A stretch of DNA of 64,000 nucleotides from a virus (lineage: Duplodnaviria > Caudoviricetes): IMG/VR virus record IMGVR_UViG_2830247124_000001, positions 32,001 to 96,000 of that record; one strand, given 5' to 3'. The notes below the pieces were generated by a model, which was not told where the DNA came from, did no database searches, and saw only the letters and a program-made list of their open reading frames with translations. Below are positions 47,801 through 56,800 of the stretch, piece after piece. Within the stretch, counting starts at the first letter, position 1; each line of letters opens with the position of its first letter. A program made the translations under genes and the position numbers.

Positions 47801-50800
47801 AGTCAACGCTTGGCGAGGACAATCAGGTGCCTGCCGTGCAGGAGACTGCACGAGAGACCCGTGACCAACTCAAGACGGAACTCGATGAGGAGTTCAAAAA
47901 CCTCGTCGAGATGCGGGACTCCGACAGCAGCGACGCGGCCACAGGCGAGGACGTGACCACAGAAGACGCTACCACCGGCGAGGATGTCACTACCGGCGAA
48001 GACGTTACCACCGGCGAGGACGTGACCGGTGAAGACGTGACCGCAACTGATACGGATGTAGGCGAGGCGGATGTCGAAGCCCAACAAGATGTTGAGGATC
48101 CACTAAACGGCATCGAGCCAATGGGTGACCAAGAAGCCGGGGGTATTGACTATGGAAAAGGCAAGCTGGATGAATGGACGCAGGAAAATCCTGACATCGA
48201 ATCGGACACGGCAGAGAAACTTGAAAACGCGAGCAACGAAGAACTGGAAACGCTCGTGCGCAGCACGGCGGCCTTTATCCAGAACCGGCGCGTCACGGGA
48301 AGTCAGCGCGACGTAGACAACGTCATCGAGACGCTGAAGGACAAAAAAGACGGTGATTCAGCAGAGGGGGACTTCCTAGTTACACAACTACCGGATGCGA
48401 TGGCGGCCCTTCGTGAACTGCGGCGACGGGCGCAAAAAGAAGCAGAGAAACAGGGGGACTCTACCTCGGCAGACTCAAATAATTCTACGAGTTCTGCCGA
48501 AGACACGGGAGGGACCGCAGAAAACCCCGGCGCGGAGACGGCCAACCAGCCGATCAGCAAGCAGATCGACCAGACCGAGTCTAGCCAGCGCGGCAACGAC
48601 ATAGACCCGGACCCCTCAAAGCAGACCTGGAGCCCAGCCGACCGTGGGGAAAGCGGCGACGTGATCTACGGCCCCCAAGACGAGCGGGCAAAGATCGAAA
48701 GCATGAACCCCCCGTCCGGAGGCAATGGGGTTAGCTACGACGTCACTCCCGAAAGCGACGCCAACACCACCAAGACCGTCCAGAAGAGCGACGGATGGAC
48801 CAAGGTACACCCCGATGACAGGGGCGAGACGAAGACAAACCCCACACCTTCTGGGAATACCGGGAGTCCTTCGGTCAAGCAGCAGGTTGCCGATGCGCTT
48901 GCCAACTTCATGGACAACACCCCGGAGGCCGTGCAGGACCGACGGCAGGAATTCAGCGACTCCCTCCCCAGTGAGTGGAGCGTCAACCGCGTCGTCCGTG
49001 ACGCCAACGCCGCAGGCACAGTCTTCGAGCGGCAGATGGACGAAGGCGAGACAGCAGATTCACCGGTCGATTACTGGGAGGTGGAGACCCCGGACGGGTC
49101 CTTCCTTCTCCCCCAGCCGCAGCAGGGTGGGTTCAATGAGTTCGGCAACGTGGACGACAATGCAGGCACCAACAACGACATCAACTTCGGCGTCGAGGAG
49201 GATCAGGCCGTTTCAGACCCCTCGTCTATCGAGCCGGTACCCACCGAAGACATAGTTGGGACGCAGACGGAAAACACCTCAGACACGCAGAACACCGATG
49301 AGGCAGATACTGGAGACGCCGAACCCCAGGGCAGCCAGAGCGCGGTAGACAACGTGAAAGAGACGTTCATGAACTTCCTCTCTTCTGAGGACACGCGCAC
49401 CAAGAGCTTTGAGGAGTTCAAAACCTTCGTTGAGGAGAACCTCAGTGGCGCTACCGCCAAGCAGGTAGAGTACGCCAGAGATAAGGCAAACATGCAGGTA
49501 GTGGAGGACGCCGACAATGGCGTTCCATACTATCAGGTCGATTACAACGGAGAGTCCTACGTCTTCCCGAAGCCTCTCAACGACAATGAGCTTGACCGGG
49601 TGGGCACTATATTTGATGGAGACGCCCGTTCAATTGACGAGATCACTGACGTTACCCCCGCGACGTTAGAGGGTGGTGGGCCACTGGTTTCGGAGACCGG
49701 TTCTGTGAGCACGGCCTCCTCTGAAGCAAGCTCGGACTCTGGAGAGACGAGCACGGAAGATAACCAGACTGAAGATAGCGGCACCGAGGATACCGGTGAC
49801 ACTAGCCAGGACACCGACCAAGACACTGACCAGGACACAGAGACTGACGATACGGAGACTGACACCGAGGGCGACACGTTTGAAGAGAGGGAGTCGTTCA
49901 CAGACTTCGCTGAAGAACTCGGCCTCGGGGACAGATACGGATTCCTGCACAAAATTGCGGATAACCTGAATCCTCTGACAGTCCGGTTGGCAGATGAGAG
50001 CGAGTTTAGTGCCGACACGACAAACGCGGTCTACGATCCGGAGAGCCGCACCATTTACGTTAAGAGAGGCCGTTCGGCGGAAGAGGTCAACGAGACGCTG
50101 GCCCACGAGATCGTCCACGCGATTGCCGTGGCTGAAGGCGCGTACAACACCAGCAAGGTAAAGAAGGAGGCCAAGACAATTGCCAGCGATGTGGTGGCGA
50201 AGCTCGAAGAGCGGGCCAAAGAAGTTGCCGAGAGAGACAACATCGAGTCCCTCGATGAAGGCCAGACTCTTCTGGGCAAGGCCGAGCGCCACCTCAACGG
50301 CATTGCGCGGAAGGTGGCAAGTGGGGAGATGGACTTCAGCGAGATGTTCACCTACGCGCTGACGGACCCGGACATTGCTGCGGTCCTGGACAGCCTGCCC
50401 GCAGAGCGGGACGTCTCCACAAGCGACACGATGTGGACGAAGATGAAGAACATCATCAAGGACGCTATCGCGTCGGTCGCCTCCAAGTCTCGATTCGTGG
50501 GCGAGGACGTCGGCCCCAGCGAGCTTGACCGGGTCGAGTCGCTTCTGAACATCAACGAACTAGCCCCTGATGGCGCACTGGAAAACGAGAGCTTCAAGCA
50601 GGAGCTTGACCGGAAGCAGCGGAAGCGCAAGCGACGTGTGGAGGATGGCCGGGTCTCTCAGTCCGCCGCCGACCAGACATGGAGCACCTCCGACGAGGAC
50701 ATCCTGTTCGGCCCGGACGGCCAGCGAGGGACCGTGCAGAAGAGCGCGTTCGGCACGTTCGACGTGCTGACCGAAAGCAACGGACTGGTAAAGGTCGAGA

Positions 50801-53800
50801 AGGACAGCGGGTGGACAAAGATCCCGCAGGACTCGACTCAGGAGGCCGCCGAAGACAACCAGTACATGCAGAACGAGGGGGACCATGTGGCCACCCCGAT
50901 GAAGACCGCAGAGTCGGCAGATCCCGGCAACGCAGATGAAGCCATTACAGACGACCCGGTCGTGTACCGCTCGGCCTTGAAGGCGGCTGAGGAGAATGGC
51001 ACCCCGGTGCGCGTGATAGAAAATGGGTCGGGCTCCACGACCGAAGAGGAGGTACTTGTCCTGGACGAGTCCGGACGAGAGGTTGACTCCATCACCCGCA
51101 CGGAGCTTAAAAACAACTACGGAATCACGGAAGGCACCCAGGTTGAATCCCCGTCTGACAGGAACCTCACCTCAGAGGAGATCAGCCAGATTAGCGCGGA
51201 GTTCAGCGCATTTCTCGACGAGACCGACGCCGACCTGAGCGACCCCTCCGAGGTCCAGGAGGCGTACGACGAGTACCGCAGTGGAGACGGAGACGTCGAG
51301 GTCCAGACCCGAACCGTTTACGCGGAGACGGTCGGCGGCAAGACGGTGATCCGCCAGAACTCCTCCGACGCCGTTAGCGACGCCCGCACAAATTCGGTCA
51401 CAAAGTACCGCGTGTTCAACGTCGGTGGGGCCGAGTTTATCACCCCGACGAAGCGCGGCAACAGCTACGCCGGGACGGCCCTCCTCTCCGAGTTTGGCAA
51501 TGCGGACTACAGCAACCAGACGTTCGACCCGGCAGTCACAACCCCGGTCGAGCCCTACACCACCCTGATCGACGCTACTGGCCAGAGGGTAGCGATGGGG
51601 TACGGCACCAGCATTCAGCACCTTCTCGACCAGGAGAACGGGGCGAAGCAGGCGAAGACAGTAGGCGAGTTGACGCTGACCAATGACCCGGAAACGCGGC
51701 CTTCGGTCAAGGAACTGAAGGACGAGTACCAGCGGCAAGACAGCACAGTCTCGGAGGCTAAGGAAAAGATCGCCGAGATTGAGTCGCAGGCCAACAACCC
51801 AGAGGAAAATAGCTCTTACCAGGAGGCGCAGGGCAGGCGGCAGGAGGCCATGGAAAACAAGAAAGCTCTGGTCGAGCACCTGGAAAACCGCATCTACGAC
51901 GGAAACCGCAAGTACGAGGGACGTGGAGAGGACGTGCTCAGTGGCAGAGAAGGGCCGTCCAACACCACACGCCGGGTATCCAGTGGCCGACAGGTACTGG
52001 AAAGCCAGGAGGCTTCAGAGACCGCAGAGCGCTCCGACGCACGAGAAGAGGTGCGCCAGTTGCTTGGTGAGGAGAGTCTCGGGATGCGCCCGGAGGCTGT
52101 CCGGAAGGTCACCGAGCAGCTTCGCTCGATGTGGGCCAACATGCCGAAGGTACAGGTTCTGGGCTTCGCCTCGGAGCTACCAACGCACGTCAAGAAGAAG
52201 GCGGGCGCGAGGCTCGGCGCAGTGGAGGGACACTACGACCCGGTTTCCGGAAAGGTGTTCTTGGTTAGCAACAACCTTGCTACCGCCCAGCACGCGGCGA
52301 AGGTTGCCCTGCACGAGATCGCCGGTCACCATGGGCTCCGCAATGTCATTTCTGCGGAGCAGTTCAACCCGGTCATGAAGGAGGCATTCCGCGCACTGGA
52401 GGGACAGGTCCTTGAGTCGGACGGCACGCTACGCCGAGCAGAATCCGGCGAGCGGGAAAGCACGCTTCTCCGGGTCGTCTCCAGGGGACGCGACATAGAC
52501 CTCTCCACAGACGAAGGCAAGGCCGCCGCCGCAGAGGAAGCGATGGCCCGCCTTGCAGAGACCGCCCCGCAGACTACGGTTCTGGCCGACGTCTGGAACA
52601 AGATTTACCGCATGGTGCGGCGGGCAATCAGGCCGGTGGCCAACGCCGCCGGGTTCGACGAGATGACCATGTCGGACGGAGAGATCCGCTCGATCCTGGC
52701 CAATGCGCGAGGGTCTCTCGGGACAAAGGGCACGACCTTCACCATCGGGTCGGACACGACCGCCGAGCACCCCTGGCACGAGATGGGCTTCAAAATGTCG
52801 GGCCCGACCTACTACAGCCGCATGGCTGACGTTATCTTGAACCCGGACGACAAGGTGAACCAGAAATTCCGGAACGGCAACGAGGTCTCCCCCTCCACCA
52901 TGAAGAGCCTTCTGGAGTCGGTCCAGAACGGGCGCTTCAAGAAGGCAGAGCTTGAGGCCATCGGCATCATGGACTGGCTCGATAGCCTGGAGGAAGACGT
53001 CGGTCTGGAGGATGTCCAGGAGTTTATCGAAGAGCACCAGATCCACATCGAGGAAGAGGTTGTCCTGTCGAAGGAAGAGAACCGGCTCAACCGAGCAGAC
53101 CGGGCGCTGGAGGAGGCCAGACAGCAGGTCACCGACGCGGAAAACGAAGCCGAGCAGGCACAGGAAACGCTCGACAGTGAGTCCTACGAGATCACGCAGG
53201 AGCTTATCTCAACCCTCGAAGAGGAGTTCAACACAGACCGCGCCGAGAGCGTCGGCGCAAGCCTGCAAGGGGTCGTTGACCAAGCCGTCAGCCAGAACGA
53301 CCCGTCGATGATCGTTGACCTCCTGGACGACCTTGGTGACGTGAGCGATGAGGTCACCGGCCACATGATGGACATGTTCAGTCTGGTGGAAACGTACCTC
53401 GGGGCCCAGGAGAGGCTTTCTGAGGCGCGGGAGCAGATGAGCGAGGCAGAAACCGAACAGCGGCGAGCCCAGGCAAATTACGACGAAGCCGTTGAGAGGG
53501 ACCGGTGGATGAACATTCAGTATTCGACCTACGGCCTCGACGGTGGAGAAAGCCCGATGAACATCGTGCTTCGCCTTCCGGATACCGTTGCCACCCGGCG
53601 CATTGAGCGGAAGATCGCGGACATCGACGGGCGTCTCGAAGACATCGTGGACACCGACCGTGCGGACGTGACCGCCGAGGAGCAGGAAGCTCTTCAAGAG
53701 CGCTACGACCAGTTGCGCCAGGAGAAGAGAGACCTGACTCAGCAGTTGGAGAACGAGCAGTATAGCACAAGCCACTTTGAGGACAACAACGTCCTGGCCC

Positions 53801-56800
53801 ACATCCGCACCAACGTCCGGGAAGTGAACGGCTTCAAAACCCTATTCGTCGAGGAGATTCAAAGCGACTGGGTACAGGACGGGAGAGACAAGGGCTTCCG
53901 GAAGACACAGATGGAGGCCGAAGAGAAGGTCAGTGAACTGATGGAAGAGCTTGACGCTTTGGAGGAAGAGCGGCGAGAGATCGTTGACAACAGCACCTTC
54001 GAGCGCACCGACGAGCAGCAGGCCCGCCTGGACGAGAACCGCAGAAAAGAAGAGGATCTCATAAACGAGGTCCAGGAACTCAGGGACGTCGCGGAAGGAA
54101 CCAGCGACAGCGTCCCGGACCTTCCGGACGTGCTGAAGCAAAACTGGTACAACTTGACCGCCAAGCGCGTGATGCTACACGCCGCGAAAAATGGGTTCGA
54201 TACCGTTGCCTGGACCACCGGCGACCAGCAAGCTGACCGGTACCACCTTGGCGACCAGTTTACAGAGTTGCGTTACGAAGAGGGTCGCCTGACGGGCGTG
54301 AAGGAGTACAACGGTAATGAAATCAGATTCAACCTTGAAGAGACCGCATCAGGCATTGGGGAGCAGACCGCACTGGAAGACATCGTGGGCGAGACCCTGG
54401 CCCAGGATCTACGACAGGAATACCAGCGCACCGGCGAGGAGGTAACGCGGTCCGGGCGCGAGGAGATCGACAACGTAGACCGGCGCAATGGGATGCAGGA
54501 GTTCTACGACAACAAGCTCTGGAACGTCTTCTCCGACTTCACCGAGAAGTACGGCGGGCAGGCCGCACCGGCAGAGTCTGGTGAGTTTGCAGTTGGCCCG
54601 AATGGAGAAAACAACGTCCACGCCGCCACGGTCCCGGAGGAGATGAAGAACCAGCTTCCGGAGTCCGGGGTCCCGCTCTTCAGCCTCTCAAGCAGCCAAG
54701 TCACGAGCGAGAACTTCAAGGAGTGGTTCGGAGACTGGCAAAACATCGGGGAGCGCTCCAGCAGGGCCGTCGATCAGACGACCGGCGAACCGCAGGTCTA
54801 TTACCACGGGACGTCACAAGACTTTGTGGAGTTTGAGAGCGAAACGGGATTGCGGTGGGCCACGCCTAGCTCCAAAAACGCACAGACCTACAGCGAACGC
54901 AGCGCAGAGAAAACAGACGGCACGGGCCAAAACATTATGCCTGTCTTCGTCAACACGAAGAACCCGCTTATGCTGATGGAGCTTGGCCACCGCGCTTCGC
55001 TTCCGGAGATCGTCGCAGAAATCAACCGGCAAACGCCCCAGGACAATAACATCATTGCGGAAACCCAGCAGAGCTACCAGGACATCCAACTTGCGATGCT
55101 GGACAACGGGATTCCCAGAGACGTTCTCTCCCAAGAGCAAATCCCCGTGTTCGCCGTGGTCGAGTCGGGGGGCATTGCCGGAACACTAAAAGTGTCGGGC
55201 TTCGACGGCATTCAGCTTACCGATATGGACAGCGACGGGATGGTCCACGAGGCAATGGCGACCTTCGAGAAGAGCCAGTTCAAGTCCGCCACCGCCAACA
55301 ACGGCAACTTCTCGGACGGAGAGGGCAACATACTCAAGTCCGAAAACGCCGAAGAGGTCTCCGAGTCCACCGGCGCTTCGGATAACTTGGGCCGGGACCG
55401 CGAGGGCCCTGGCGCAGAGTCCCCGCTCAACCCCGAGACAATTGTCGGAGAGATCCGCAATATGCTCTCCCAAATGAAGGTCGTCGGCAGCGAGGCCCAC
55501 GACCGGGTGAAAGACTTCTTGATCGAGCGCGGAGAGCAGGCGATGGTGGACCCCAATGGCCGGATCGTGATCGAGAGCTTCCAGGACGTCCGGACGATCT
55601 CCGAGATGGTCGGGGAGTACCTCTACTACGAGTGGCGGGATGCCATCCAGGGGGACTTGATGGCCGCCAGTCCCGAGCAGATTAGCGCCGCCTTCGAGGA
55701 GCTTGAAAATATCGCCCGCAACATCGACCGCGTGAACGATGAGATGGACGCGGAGGCTGCCCGCACGCTTGCGTTCTCGAAGCTCTTGGGCGACCACCTT
55801 CTTCGGGGGCGCGACACGAGCGGCGTGGCACCTGAACTCACAAAATTATTTGAGAGCTTCGCCGATAAGTACAACCTGGAGCAGAACTTCTACCACGTCC
55901 AGGACATGTTCCTGTCGCTCGACGACCAGGGGAAGCTCGACCGGTTTGACGCGAAGGTTGCGATGACCGAAGAGAATGGTTCGATAGGCAAGGAGGTCTT
56001 CAAGGACCCGGTTGGCGCTGCGAAGGAGTGGATGCAGGAGGCCAGCAAGTGGGCCCTGAAGAAGCAGGAGCAGTGGTACGAGATGATGTACGACCAATAC
56101 TACCCGATCTACGTCATGATGAGGGACATGAACGGCGGCGCGATGCCCGACACCGTGGAAGAAAACTTCTACCTCCACGCCCGAATGCAGCACGGGGCCG
56201 AGGCTCTGGCAAAGGTATTCTTGGAGAACGGAGTCCGTACCCTCGATGGCCGGTCGCTAGGCAACAGCATGACCGACGCGCTTGCCCCCGTTTCCGAGAC
56301 GCAGCGCATGTACCGAGACTTCGCCCGGTACGCCGTTGCTCGGCGAGCGAAGGAGCTTCACGAGCAGAAGCGCCGCGACGAAGACGCCGAAGGGCCGAGC
56401 CGACCCGACGACTTCGAGGTCAAGATCCCGGAGGACGAGGCCGACGCGAAGATAGAGCAGCTTTTCGCTGACGAGTCAGAGACCTTCCAGCAGGGCACCG
56501 AAAACGAGCGAAGTGGCCTTAACTACAACAAGAGCGACTTCGAGCAGGCATTCAAAGACCTCCAGGAGTACAACAGCGCCCTCCTGGACTACGCCGTAGA
56601 CGAGGGCTACCTCAACGAAAACGAAGCGGACGCCATGAAGGAAATGAACAAGGCGTACGTCCCGTGGCAGCGTGTCATGGACACCGACGAGGCGAAGAAA
56701 AATGTAGACGCTGGGTCCGACGATGGGCTCGACGTCTTCGAAGGTGGGTCCAAGGACCTCGTAATTGACAACCCGCTGAAGAGCATCGTCGCCAACACCC